Source: Eledone cirrhosa
Lineage: Eukaryota
Direction of reading: 5' to 3'
NCBI GenBank assembly: GCA_964016885.1
Contig: OZ024748.1
Coordinates: 3,472,001 to 3,536,000 of the forward strand
DNA: 64,000 nucleotides
Part shown: piece after piece, positions 11,651 to 25,146 of the stretch
How positions within the stretch are numbered: the stretch's first letter is position 1
How the letters are laid out: each line of letters begins with the position of its first letter
Program-made: the position numbers and the translations under genes
Notes under the pieces: model-generated
The model's database searches: none
What the model was told of the DNA's origin: nothing
The model's input: only the letters and a program-made list of their open reading frames with translations

Positions 11651-14248
11651 ATGTTTATGACATGAAGGGATGAGGAAGACTATTCAAATTAAATATAAGT
11701 CATCCCAACCTACCAAATTTTTTTTTCTTTTGCAGACTTTATATATATGTTGGAGGGAGAGAAGGGGCATGATAATCTTTTAAGTGCTTAGGGCTTGAAA
11801 AGGGCTTAATCTGGCCCTGTGTATGATTATATATAAAACACATCCCTTTTTCACATATCTATAAGACTATCAAGTCTAATGGCTATACCCTTCCTCATCA
11901 AAACCTTGTTTCCAAGTTAGAAATCAATATTATGGAGTCACAAGATATTTTAATACCATTAAGAAATATTTCTTACCGTTTTTCTTTCTCAAAGAATTCG
12001 GAAATCTTCAATAAGATAGGTCAAAAGCATATATATTTTTTTCAATGATCATTTATTTTTAAACTTAGGTATTTTGTCTTGATAATTACCACCTAAAAAT
12101 AATCTAAGGAGTTGTACTAATTAAACCAAAAATACTAATAATAATAATAATATATAAAAAGGGAATGAGAAAGAAAGAAAGAAAAGTAACTTCTTGGAGG
12201 GGGAGGAGAAAGAAAAAGGCAGAGTAAATAGTAGAGAGAGAGGGGGAGGAGAGTGATGATAGTAAAAGAAAGAAAAAGCTCTTCAACTTGATGTTGGTGA
12301 CAGTGTAGGAAGGGGGAGGTAATCGAGGAAGTCATGATTACGACCCGTATATATGATATTATTGGAAAGACAAGCTAGCATACTACTTCTCTATTGCTGC
12401 TAACTCCCTGTTCACAAAAATGCAGCAGACATTATCTTTAGATATGACTCCGATATCTGTTAACCTAGATATGGAAAAACAGTGGAAGGGCCGAGAAACA
12501 TTGATTATAATACTCTTGCTATGCTATTATTGCTATCGGAATAGATGGATTGAAAGCAAGGAAAATTGACAGTTGCTTGGAGAAAGAAAGCGAATGAAGA
12601 TGCTATGTTGTATACATATACACACACACATATATATATATATATATAGCCAACAACAGTTCGATCATACAGAACACACAGACACACAGTCACTCACTTC
12701 ACACACACTCACACACGTACTCGTACACATACACACGCACACAAAGACATTTGGAAAGGAAGAAAATTATAGAAATGAGAGAAAAAAATAAATTGTTTCA
12801 TACCACAGTCAGCGTATACAAAAAGATGCTTGTTATAGAAAGTGTGATGGGGGAAAGTCGACTTCGCCAAAATGGAAGGTTCTACTACATTTCTTCTGAC
12901 AGTTAAAGATATCAAATTTACTCCCTCTTTCACATTTATTTGTTTTTCTTCCTTTCATACTCTCTCTACTCGACTGTCTAGTTTTTACTCCGGCTTTTAA
13001 ATATTTCTATCTTTCTTTCTTTTTTTTTTAACTCCAGCAAAAAGGGGAAAAGGAAAGAAGCATAAAACAAAACAAAACACTAACAGCAACACCCCCACCA
13101 CTATCTTCAATTTGATTGTGTGCTTGTGTGAGATAGAAAGAACTATGGTCAGAATTAATTACACACTAATTGAAAATGTGTTTTGAATATGAAAAGGGAA
13201 GGAAGAAAAAAGAGAGATATATAGATAGAATAAGGCAGAGAGGATAGAGTAAGAAATGAAAGCACACACAATACCACTTGAAAATTGCTTCAAGCAATAC
13301 ACAGAAAATATTCTAATAGTAATAATACTGGTTTTCAAAAATAATTTCTAATTTGAGAGAAAGCTTTATCCTTCCATTCATTTATACACACCCACACATA
13401 ATAATAAACCACACCAGCTATTTCTAAGTAATTTAATTCTTTTTTTAATCTGATACAAGGTGAAGGACATTTTATTTTTATAAATGTCACATTTTTTTTC
13501 CTGCCTATTAAGTCGATGTTATATTTCCTGGTGAAAGACATTATTATAACTTAAACTTTCTAACAATAATAACAACAAAAATAGGATTTTCTTACAAGTT
13601 GAGTGTATATCTTTGACCAAACCAGGGTACCATGCCATCCCCAGACCCAACAACAAACTGACAAAATTTCATTTGTACAAATGTGAAAATTTGGGGCTTT
13701 TTTTTTCGTTAATAAGTAGAAGGGGGAAAAAATCCTATCAAATTTCAGTGTAGTGCTAAGAAGGAGGTAAGGAAGCGTAGAAATCTAAAGATATTAAAAC
13801 TGTAATGATGGATTACAGATGACTAAGAGTGTAGCATCAACAATAGAAGCAACTCGCTCCAAGTTAAAGGTGAATTAAAATATACCACAATTAAGTAAAA
13901 AAAACCATCGAAATATCTTCCACCAACACCCAGAAAAAAATTTAATTTAATTAACAATCACAAAAAGTAAACGATTTATTTAAAAGGATTTCTCAATAAT
14001 CAACTGAATGTGGAGAAAAATAAAATAAAACCTAACTACCACACATGAACACAAAGCAGTAATTTTATGCTGGCGGATACGTGTATGCATATTAGCTTCT
14101 TTAAAATACTTCGAAATGACAGTGATATATTTTGCTGGGGTCCTTAGAGTATCGGAGGGTTTATAGCTTTTGTTAGGGCGCGGGGAGTCAATTTATATGA
14201 AGAATAATCGAGGGAGATCTAAGATGACTTTTCAAAGAGTATGAGACC

Positions 14249-14340
14249 ACTTACCATTTCTGTCTGAAACTATTCCACGTGTTTCTATTTTGTTATGAGA
14301 GAGGTGTCAACAACACACAAAGACGAGAGAGAGCATGGTT
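14249..14340 (-). other. Candidate first exon ending in ATG|GTAAGT
   Basis: Minus strand reads ...CAGACAGAAATG|GTAAGT (ATG at 14257-14255), in repeat-poor unique DNA. The 5' boundary is not determinable. Confidence 0.3.
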
Positions 14341-15926
14341 GTGTATATACAAACTTTACCAGTATAAACAACATAGCAAGTGAGGAAGAAACTTAAAACA
14401 GAGAAAACTAAAGCCTTTTAAATATATACTTCTCTCTCTTTCTGTTGGTGAAACGAGAGAGAAGGCAGGAAGGAAGTCCTTTAAGATGATAGACAAAAGA
14501 TAAACACTTCTGTCTTAAACATGAAACTAAGGAAGTTAAGATAATAATAATAAAGTTCAAAGAACAAAAGAACATCAAATAAGGTTTCCTCCTTATTTTG
14601 CCCGATGTTTTACAGTAAAATAAGACTTTAAAAACAAATACATCCATATATATATATATAGTGGTTGTGTGTGTTATTGTATATACAAGTACACAAAGAG
14701 AAATAGACAAGCTTTGTAGATTTCATAGATTATAAACTGAAAGCATAAAAGTATTTTTTTTTTAATAAAGAAAGCTTACTTCTGTAGTGGAGTTGATTAT
14801 GAAAGGAGCCAATGCTATCTGTTTGCTCTGATGTTTTGTTTCTTTAGATATAAATTGGTTTAAATCACCAGAAAGACATCCACACACCAAACTGATCAAT
14901 ATTTCCTTCTAACACAATACCTTTTATAGTAGAGAAATCACAACTCGTGAGCTATCAGAAAATTCAATTAACGAAAGATCAACAACAACAACCTTTTATA
15001 TGCATTCATTGCTTCTCTGTCTTTTTTTATATATTTATATATACACATGTATATGTGTGTGTGTATTTATGTATTTTACTTCCATCATCTTTTCTTGAAG
15101 TTTTGGATCAGAAACTCAACCGAAAGCGGAATGCTACAACCAAAATCTTTGGATATGTTTATATTTAGTTCAATCGAAAGGTTTTACTGTAAACAATATT
15201 TAAAAAATAAACTGGGGTGATCCCTAAAATATAATTGTGTAAAGAGATCGGGGGCAAAAGAACAAAAAATCGACAACAATGAACCGAATACAAATGATAT
15301 ATATCTGTTTATATTTAAGGTAGACGAGTATTTTCGGCTGAATTAAGTTAGTTAACTTTGATGGATATAACTAATTTTAAAAAATACTTCTAGGATTGTT
15401 TTAAAGATTTATTGTGTGTTTGAGGTTTGATCTCTATGATCGTGGGAAAAAAATCAACTAAAACTTAAGTTGGAAAAGATGAATAACAACAAAGTAAATT
15501 AGGATTATGTCCTTGACGAGCCGGTGTGAAAGTGAATTTACTGATCATATATAGATTATTGAACAGAAATATATATATATATATATATATATTAAACAGT
15601 CAAACATACATCTATATATATATTATAGATATATATACAAATGTGAGCAATCAAAACATCAAATATGTTTGATTTTTATGCATCTGTCTATATATATACA
15701 TATATCTTTTACTTCTGAATTATATATATATATATATTATATTATACATCAATTAAAATGAATACAAAGTACAAAGACGGAAGGAAGAAATAACGAGAGA
15801 AAGAAAGGAAGATGTCATATTATATATATATGTATATATATTATATATATGTATATATATACATGTAAAGTCCTTCTAAAGAAATGTTTTGGTAGCGAAA
15901 GTTTGTTCGAAATTTATTTTTCTGGG

Positions 15927-16200
15927 ACTTACCTTGGGCGTCCGTCCCTTCTGGTAGGACAAGGGAGAAACAAAAACCCACTCAGAGTTGGTTATAGCGC
16001 TGCAGATAATATAAAAAAAACTTAACACGAGCTACTAAAGCTAAAGTATGAATAAATATGTCGGAGATAAACGGCTGAAAGAGCGAGAAGAAAAAGGAGA
16101 AATAATGGTCAATAAAAGCCTGTAATATTTGTGATGGCGGTGGCGGTGGAGAAGCCGGTTCTCCTGCTGCTTAGTGACGATGATGGTGGTGGCGGTGGTG
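15927..16200 (-). other. Candidate non-coding first exon with consensus donor AAG|GTAAGT
   Basis: Donor after 15933. Relatively CpG-rich unique sequence, preceded on the minus strand by a (CT)-rich tract. Confidence 0.35.
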
Positions 16201-17250
16201 ATACTGAGAAAGGGAGGGGGAGAATGAGAGATAGAGACAGAGTGGCAGAGAGAGAGATGAAGATAGATAGACAGAGTAGTAGAGAGAGAGATAAAGGTAG
16301 ATAGACAGAATAGCAAAGAGAGAGAGATAAAGATTGATAGACAGTGAGGTAGAGAGAGATAAAGATAAATAGACAGAGTGGTAGAGAGAGAGAGATACAG
16401 AGTGAGAGAGAGAGAGAGATAAAGATAGATAGACATAGTGGTAGAGAGAGGTAAAGATAGATAGGCAAAGTGGCAGAGAGAGAAAAGGATAGATAGACAG
16501 AGTGGCAGCCAGAGGGGGGAAAGAGAGGAAAGTACCACATGCTGCCATACATAACGGATGTAGTGTGTGTGTATATCTATCTAAATATTTATATATACAT
16601 ACATATATACACACATATATATACACACACATATATATTTATTTATATATATCACAGAGGTAATATAGTTAAAAGACACAGAGCTGGCACTGATCGTTAG
16701 TTTTATGTATGTGTAAAGACAATCTGGATAAAAGCACACACACGTTCACTTACACAGAACACAGTTTTATACATACACAAAGGAAGATACACAGACACAA
16801 TTTAACTGCTGTTCTAACTTTATTTCACACTTTCCATTATAAAGGAACAAACACAAGCTACATATACATATATATACACACGATGGGAAGAAGAAAAAAA
16901 CCAGCAAGACTGTAAAAGCACTGCAGTGTTTCATCTATATGAGAGTGGATCCTAACTCCATATAAATATATGGAAATGAGGAGAATTTAAAGTAAGGAAT
17001 GAAGACCTTTGAAATGGGGTTGAACTAGGATCATTGTTGGGTAAACTCCTAGAAGCCTTCTATATATTGAAGTGAGAGTAAAATCCGATGAAAATGATGG
17101 TCGTATATATATATCTTATTGGCAACATGACCCTCCCAAAGTATAACAATATATATATATATATATATATATACAAGTATATATATAAATTACCTTTATG
17201 TTTACATATCGAGGGCTCATTCGTTCGTAATACAAAATCACACACAAGTT

Positions 17251-17284
<34 letters not shown>

Positions 17285-17430
17285 AGGCCCGGGTTCAATC
17301 GGGGGTAACCACGGTAAGTAAGGTACTCAATACATTAGAAGAGTGTGTAAACAACGGATTTAATATAGAAATAAATGGCTTCTACAGGACTAGAACTGTT
17401 TCATTGGAAGGAAAATCATCAGGAAAGCCT
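17285..17430 (-). mobile_element. Family B copy, non-inverted
   Basis: Minus strand reads AGGCTTTC-CTGATGA...GAAACAGTTCTAGTC-CTGTAGAAGCC...ACTC...TTGAGTACC. Flanked by (TG)n and (TA)n. Confidence 0.6.
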
Positions 17431-18297
17431 ATATATAAACACACACATGTATATATAAACACACATATAAATATATACACCATATATTATTTCTTTCGTA
17501 AATAAGTTGTTATATTTGTAGTTTACTACATATTTTTTTTACTTTTGTTTCCTTGTTTTAAGTTATTTTTCCTCTTTATTTTCTCCATTCACTTCTTTAA
17601 TTACAACCGTGGCTTAATCAAAACATCCCGTACATCGAATAGGCTGAGTTCTTTTTATTGTTTTAAAATATTAAATAATATTTTTTACTTTGCTTCTTAA
17701 ATATATAGAATCCTTATAGGACTTTACCCCTAACTGAAGAGCGAGAGAGCGAATTAACGATGGTTATGGTGGTCTTATATAAAGCAATCCCCTTTCTTCT
17801 TCGTCAAGGAGTTAGTTTGATCAGTGAAGCTTAATCAGTTTTTGTGGGACGAGGATACACACAATGGCTGTGGTTCTGGCCGTCTTCCTATTAAGAAGGA
17901 CGGACATGAGGATTATTATTTTTACTTTTGTTTTGGTTTTACTGGCTTTTCAGTGATTAGATTGCGGTCATGCTGGAGCACCACTGCCTTAAAGGAAGTT
18001 AGTCGATCGTCTTTTTTTTTTATCAATCACTGTTTGTCAAACTGTTAAGTTGTATGGATGCATACTAACAGTAAATATAAAGACACACACATTTATATAA
18101 TATTGTTTTTACTTTTGGCACAAGGCCAGCAATTATCTCAGTGTATTACTGGTACTATATTTTATCGACCCCATAAGGAATGAAGGCATTTATATAATAT
18201 ACAAACAACACACACACATATATATAAAATATACTGACAACACACACACATATATCATCATCATCGTTTAACGTCCATCTTCCACGCTAGCATGGGT

Positions 18298-18331
<34 letters not shown>

Positions 18332-18557
18332 AGATATACACAGACACCACACGCATATATATATTTATGTAGAAAAGTGTTAGTGACTTCGAAGTAAGTG
18401 AAAAGCCACGGTCACTTTTCTAATCAGAAATTTCTACACTCTATCCATCAGTATTGAGTGCTCCCTACTTTACACACACATTCTTATATATATATATATA
18501 ACATACTCTATTACCTGTTCCAGCATTCCGGCTGAGGTAATGCTGGGGCACCGTCCT

Positions 18558-18590
<33 letters not shown>

Positions 18591-18929
18591 ACATAGGTAC
18601 CAAAGGGAACTAAAGAAGATACACACTCACACAGATATCTGAAGATGGTGATTGATGCTTGAAAGATCAAACGATAGCTAGATCAGATTCAGAACATAGG
18701 ACTAAATGCCTTGCGGTGTTTGTTCCGACTCTTTCTTTACATTCTGAGTTCAAACGTCGCCGAGGTTCAAGTATTACCTTTCCGAGTGGATCCATAAAGT
18801 ACCAGTTAAATACTCGGGGCTATTTCATGAACAAACACCTTTTTTCTTCACCCAAATTTTTTTGTTATTCTGCTTATGTTAGCTCAACTGACAACGAGGT
18901 TTTAGTCACTGTCAGCGGTTCACCTTACT

Positions 18930-19370
18930 GAAATACCAGGTGGTGATTGTGAGGGTACTTAGCTATTTCGTTACCTTAGTCTGGCCATCACCTGGTTTTA
19001 CTGAAGTATCGGGTAATAGTCGTGAGGGTGCTTAGCTATTCCAGCACCTTACTTCTACTATCACCTGGCCTTACTGATGTATCAGGTGATACTGTTCATA
19101 AAGGTGCTTGGCTATTCCAGCGCCTTAGTCTCGCTATCACCTGCCTTACGGATGTATTAAGTGATGTTCTTCGTAAGGGTGCTTGACTATTCCAGTGTCT
19201 TAGTCTCGCTATCACCTGGCTCTACCAACGTATCAGGTGATGCTCTTCATAAGAGTGCTTAGCTATTCCAGTGTCTTAGTCTTGCTATCACCTGGCCTTA
19301 CCGATATACCAGGTGATGCTCTTCGTAAGGGTGCTTAGTTATTCCAGCGTCTTAGTCTCGCTATCACCTG
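18930..19370. repeat. 76-bp diverged minisatellite (about 6 units) with internal ATCACCTG...CAGGTGAT inverted repeat
   Basis: GTGCTT recurs at 19255 and 19331 (period 76). Confidence 0.85.
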
Positions 19371-20066
19371 TGGCAATGTCGTGGGTTGTCTTTATAGAAG
19401 ATAACACTCATTCCATGATGAGTAATTGTGTATGTGTGTGTATCTTTTATTGTTGTTATGTTTTTACTTTTATTTCTCTGATTAATTTTTATTGATTTCT
19501 TTCTTTATCTATCTAACTATCCATCTATTTATTTATCTATCTATCCATCTATCTATTTATTTATCTATCCATCTATCCATTTATCTATCCATCTATCTAT
19601 TTATTTATCTATCCATCTATCTAACTCTATTTTGTATTTGTCCCCTTCTTTTGTGCCCCTGAGGCTAATAAAGAAACATATCTATCTAACTCTATCCATC
19701 TATCTATCCATGTGGCTAATAAAGAAACATATCTATCCATCTATCTATTTATCTACTATTTATTTATCCATCTATTATTTTATTTCAGCAGAGTCGTGTC
19801 GTCCATTTCCAATGCTAAAAGTGATTGTTGTCGCTGGAATACTGAAATATATGATGTCGGTGATGGGGGCCAACGTAGTTTTTGTTCTTTATAACAACAG
19901 GCAGCAAAGACGGACCTAAGCTGGTTAAACTGAGAGAGCTGAGGGGTGGGGGTTAATAAACATTTTACAAAAGGGGCCAGAACGAATGGGAGAAAAATCA
20001 CGCACTCTTATTTTTTTTTTTTGTTATATATATTTAATCGTGGTTCTTTTTTCTTTACGTCTTATT

Positions 20067-20100
<34 letters not shown>

Positions 20101-20103
<3 letters not shown>

Positions 20104-20181
20104 GAAAAGACTCTACTACCCTAAGTATTGAGAACTCTGGTGCGTTATGGTCCACCTGGTTCCTTACCACACTTCCTTCGT

Positions 20182-20221
<40 letters not shown>

Positions 20222-20553
20222 CGTTTCAGTAATGTTTCGTCATCGAAAAAGGTAAAAGTTTAACCGTTGGGCAGAAAATCCTTTTAGTACATTTTATATA
20301 TATATATGTGTGTGTGTGCGTATCTTTATATTGTTTTTGTCAAAAACGATATATATTTCATATATATATATATATTTATATATATAACGAAGGAGTTGTG
20401 GTAAGAAACCAGATGGACCATAACGCTCCAGAGTGAGTAATAGGAGAAAGTATGACCCCGACGGCAGAGCTCAAGCCGTTTCGACGGCTATTTCAGTCCA
20501 GAAATAACCGTCAAAACCGCTTGAGCTCTGCCGTCGGGGTCATACTTTCTCCT
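20101..20553. mobile_element. Two family A copies (20101-20181 plus; 20387-20553 minus with palindrome)
   Basis: Homology to 2287 and 54489; hairpin arms of about 50 bp at 20441-20553. Confidence 0.65.
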
Positions 20554-20951
20554 ATATATATACATATCTATATTTATTAGAATGCTGTTGAAGTGTGTAT
20601 ACATTTTAGGGGACACCCTGTATGTAATATATATATATATATATATATATGCCTCTTATGTGTGTGAGAGTTTCTTTGTAATTTTTGGCTTTCAACTTGT
20701 AGTATGTGTGTGCGTGTGTGTATATCTGTTGTTAGTGGTTGATAAGAACTGAACAGTTATGGTGGCTGCTATTTAAGCATATAACAAGGGAGTTATTAAA
20801 GTGAAAGTGTGTAAAACTAACAACAAAAAGCCTACATCATTGTGCAATGTGTGTGTGTGTGTAAAATGTTACTTCTGTGTACATGCGTATCTTAGTGATT
20901 GTGTGTAATTGTTAAGTTGAGCGCTTTTAGCTGCTGCTGCTGCCGGCATGT

Positions 20952-20961
20952 GTGACGTCAC
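20952..20961. promoter_or_regulatory. Perfect CRE palindrome GTGACGTCAC
   Basis: TGACGTCA at 20953-20960 in a GC-enriched patch. Confidence 0.3.
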
Positions 20962-21004
20962 CACAGCACTGGAACAATATCACACACACGCACTTTCATA
21001 TATA

Positions 21005-21036
<32 letters not shown>

Positions 21037-21906
21037 CCATTTTTTATATGTATATGTGTGTATACCACAGCACTGAAACAATATCACACACACACGCACT
21101 TTCATATATATGTGTGTGTATATATATATATATACCATTTTTTATATGTATATGTGTGTATACCACAGCACTGGAACAATATCACACACACGCACTTTCA
21201 TATATATACTTCATTTTTTATATGTATATATATATATGTGTGTATACATATATGTATATATATATATGTGTGTATATATATGTGTATATAAATATGTGTG
21301 TATAAATATGTGTGTATATATATGTGTATACATATATGTGTGTATATATATATGTGTATACATATATGTGTATATATATATATGTGTGTACATATATATA
21401 TATACATACACACACATATTTTACTCATGCGCACTTATTCACATGTACATTTCTATTTTAAACTACACAGTACTAGCGAAGTATCGTCATACACGTGTAC
21501 CAAGACACACATGTATTAGTGTGCTGTTTATAAATATTGTGTGTGTACTGGTAACTTTATTAGTCAATAAGCAATCGGCATTTACAATGAATATGTGTGT
21601 GATTCTGTGAATGGTTGTTAAAGCTTTTATCTCTCTCTCTCTCTCTCCCTCTCCCTCTCTCTCTCTCTCTCTCCGTGTGAGTGTGAGAGAATTTTCAAGT
21701 TTTCAACGATTCTAAGTGATTCGGTATTGCTGCAGGTAATAATGTGTGTTTCTGTGGACATATCTATCTGTTCAGCATCCGTTGTGTGTGGTTTATGGTT
21801 TATATGTGTATGTGTGTGGTTTATGGTTTATATGTGTATGTGTGTGGTTTATGGTTTATATGTATGTGTAGTTTGTGTGTATGTGCGCGCATCTTGACGA
21901 CTGTAG

Positions 21907-21961
21907 TTTTGGCGGGAGCGATGGAAGCTTCGAATGACAACAAAGACCAGAAATTGGCGGA
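21907..21961. promoter_or_regulatory. Candidate E2F sites
   Basis: TTTTGGCGGGA (21907-21917) and AATTGGCGGA (21952-21961) in a CpG-containing island. Confidence 0.3.
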
Positions 21962-22193
21962 GAAGCTTGTCATGTTTATATAGGCAACACAGACGCTATA
22001 TATTTTTCACTTTCTTTATATATTATATACACACACACACACAGGGTGTTCCCAAAAAATGTATACACACTTCAACAGCATTCTAATTAATATCTGTATA
22101 CATTTTGGGGGAAACCCTGTGTGTGTATGTATATATATATATACGTTAAGGTTAGAGTTAAGAATCACTCATCGGTTCTTGCGTGTGTGTGAG

Positions 22194-22226
<33 letters not shown>

Positions 22227-22499
22227 ATTCAGAATAGAGAGCGCACAGGACTAAGACAATAGAAAAAACAAGACGGAGAGTCCCATTTCCTCAGTTAACC
22301 TCTAGATATCATTACAGTTTCGGTTCATTAAGGTCGGCACAATCAGTGAGTCCTTGGTGGGTACCCTTACATAAATACATACATATATATATATTCAAAA
22401 TAGGACGAAAACAACAGAAAGTTAGACAATTCCTTTTCCACAGCCAACATTTGGAAATCACTATGGTTTCGACGCATTAAGATTGATACCATATACACC

Positions 22500-22760
22500 A
22501 TTCCTTTCAGTGCACATGGGCAATGACTACAGTGATATGTGAAGGCTGGAAACAATTGAAGCGAGGAGCTTTGTTCATTTGGATGAGCAATGTTAATGTG
22601 TGTGAACAACAAAGCAAGGATGAAACTGGGTACAAGAGGAACCAGATATGGTGTGCAGGAGAGATGACTGCACTGGTATGGACATGTGATGTGCATGGAT
22701 GATGATCACTGGGTGAAAAAGTGCCAAGAAAGTCTCAGTAGAGAACATGGGTGGAGGTGG
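22500..22760 (+). mobile_element. Degenerate RTE-clade LINE 3' fragment
   Basis: Translates KLGTRGTRYGVQER*LHWYGHVMCMDDDHWVKKC (RTE C-terminal L.WYGHV.R motif). Confidence 0.7.
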
Positions 22761-22764
22761 TGAC

Positions 22765-22925
22765 CTTTAAGGCCTCCATGCTTCCCGAGATCCGCCAACA
22801 GAACAGCTAACACATACACACATGTACTTCCCTGACATTTGTGTATTATTCTATGTACTATATTGACGAGCTGTAGTGCACCTGAGCACTTTACACAATA
22901 ATTTCATTATTATTTATTATTATTA
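22765..22925 (+). mobile_element. CR1 LINE 3' tail fragment
   Basis: Homologous to 47410-47740; ends GTAGTGCACCTGAGCACT...(ATT)n. Another tail at about 34875-34960 (minus). Confidence 0.7.
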
Positions 22926-22926
22926 T

Positions 22927-23128
22927 GGTCGATTGGCAGTATCGGTAGAGGGTCGGACGCCATGCTTTCACGTATAGAGTTACGCCCCTTTATGATCTGA
23001 GTTCAAATCCCGCCGAGGTTAACTTTGCCTTTCATCCTTACGGGGTCGATAAAATAAAGTACCAGTAATGCACTGGGATAATTACTGGCCTTGTGCCAAA
23101 AGTAGAAACAATTATTATTATTATTATT
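22927..23128 (+). mobile_element. Near full-length tRNA-derived Meta-domain SINE
   Basis: A-box-like TGGCAGTATCGG (22934), B-box GAGTTCAAATCC (22999), Meta-like core GCCTTTCATCCTTACGGGGTCGATAAAATAAAGTACCAG, (TTA)n tail. Further copies at about 25715, 30108, 30810, 34685, 41125, 43640, 51087, 52785 and 58170. Confidence 0.8.
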
Positions 23129-24054
23129 AAGTGGAGAGATGCTGTACTGACGACTTGTCCAACCCATGCAAGTGTGGAACAAAACACATGCATATATATA
23201 TAGATAGATACATATAGAGATAGATACACATATATATATATATCATGATCACCGGGTTTTTACGTCCATTTTTCCATGCACACACACATATATACACACA
23301 CATACAAATTATATATACATATATTTTTTCTCCATTCTGGTGATAAGCTAAGATTGCTTTTAAGCCAACCTGTCATCAACATAAGTTGAAATATAGCAAA
23401 TGTTAATATATCAACTTTAAGCCTTTACTTCCTCTCTCTCTCTATCTATCTCTCTCTCATCCTCCCTACCTATCTATCTCTCACACTTTCTCTAACTTAT
23501 TTTTTACACACACACACACACACGTGTGTGTGTGTGTATATATATATATATATGTATATATATAAATATATTTATAGATAGATATACAGAGAGAAAGTAA
23601 TATATATATATATCTTAATCTCTCTACTTCCCCTTCTTCATACCTTTCTCTCACTTCATCTTTACATACACACACACATATATATATACATATACACACA
23701 CACACATTAATCTCTCCCCCCCCTCTTTATACTTCCTCCCAGTCTTTATGTTTTATATTTTCTATATTTCCACCTGACATGATTCTTATTATTGTCTTGA
23801 CATTGCTGTACACTGGCTGAAGTCTTCTTTAGAGAACCTAGCACTGAACACTGCGGAAACTGCAGTCTATGTCTTGGTGTGTTAATGTGTGTGTGACTGT
23901 CGGTGTGTTAATGTGTGAGTGTGAGTGTCGGTGTGTTAATGTGTGAGTGTGAGTGTCGGTGTGTTAATGTGTGTGTTTGTGTCGATGTTTATGTGTGTGT
24001 GTGTGTTGATCATAATATTTTTGGATGTCCCCCAATCTACCTTCTCCTGCTCTT

Positions 24055-24352
24055 CTCTTCCACCCCTTCTCCAGCCACTTATTCCTCACAGGGGGGGGGC
24101 AGAATCTTCTGACACATTACAGAGAGTCCTATTTGAAGTCTGCCATGGATTCTCTTCTGACAGGACCCACTGAAGGAGTGTTAGAGGACCCTGCCCCTAC
24201 AAGACCCTGGTTGGATAACATCCATAAGCTTGGCTGGTCTTGTTTGGGGATCCAGCTGGATCAGTTTGAGACGGTTGCTTCAGACAGGACCTGCTGGATG
24301 CTGTGTGGGCACTGATACGACCCTCTCACGAATAAGTGGGCGATGAAGAAGA
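24055..24352 (+). mobile_element. RTE LINE 3' end (rearranged, with inverted 5' piece)
   Basis: PTRPWLDNIHKLGWSCLGIQLDQFETVASDRTCW. Reverse homologue at 26100-26303. Confidence 0.65.
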
Positions 24353-24989
24353 CCTTGAAGGGATGAAATATAAAGTTGATCCTAGTGATCGGATTTGAAC
24401 CTAGAAGAGACATACAATTAAATACAAGACATTTCGCTATCTACTACAGCTTTTCTGTTGCTTTACAGACTTTGAAAGTCAATAAACAAATCTGTTTGAT
24501 CATAATTACACACAAGATAATATATGTTGATTTTTTATCAAAACATTTATGAGATAGACAGCTATGGTATATATTTGGATAACCTATTTATAGATATTAA
24601 ATTTAACTTTCTGAGGACTAATAAAAGTGTTCAATGTAAATATATTTACAAATTAATAAGAAGTAAATACAAAGGAATATAAGAATATAGAGAATAGAAT
24701 CAATAGTGAACGGTCACTCACTTTTGATTCCATTTTTATAGATGTCCTTTGGCGCTGACATCGTTTAGTTTAACCCTTTTGATACAAACCACCCTGGTTT
24801 TATGATACAAAACTGGTGGCAATTTTTAAAATATAGTTAATATTAAATCTTCCATCATAATTTTATTTTAGAAATAGAGATCACAGCTCTGATACTATGG
24901 GCATGTGGTCTGCATTGGATTTAGACCTTGTGGGGCCAGGGGCACTTCAGGTTTGAGGGGGCCAGGGGCACTTCATGTTTGGGGTGCCC

Positions 24990-25146
24990 CTCATGCACAA
25001 AAAATTAAAATATACAGCAAACCCCCCAATTTTACATATCAAAGTTAGTTTGGCACAAATAATTGGAATTGAAAAGTTATACATACAGGTTAACCATCCT
25101 AAAACTAAAAAGCCCAGCTGAGGACAAATGAATCGCTACAGCCATC
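24990..25146 (-). mobile_element. Dispersed repeat (probable DNA-transposon MITE) shared with 52972-53165
   Basis: AACCATCCTAAAACTAAAAAGCCCAGCTGAGG is the reverse complement of part of 53007-53065. Confidence 0.55.

Noticed and set aside
17730-17768. CTGAAGA-GC..GC-GAA hammerhead-like string
   Set aside because: Lacks A15.1, has a 2-bp stem II and no stem III; compatible with chance.
20219-20246. Minus-strand CGATGA...GAAACGTC (also similar strings at about 4955-4990 and 18638-18670)
   Set aside because: Stems do not pair convincingly; too degenerate to call.
21921-21983. Mini ORF MEASNDNKDQKLAEKLVMFI
   Set aside because: Only 20 codons, no convincing donor and no recognisable homology.
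22927-23015. tRNA gene
   Set aside because: The A and B boxes belong to a multi-copy SINE head; no cloverleaf.
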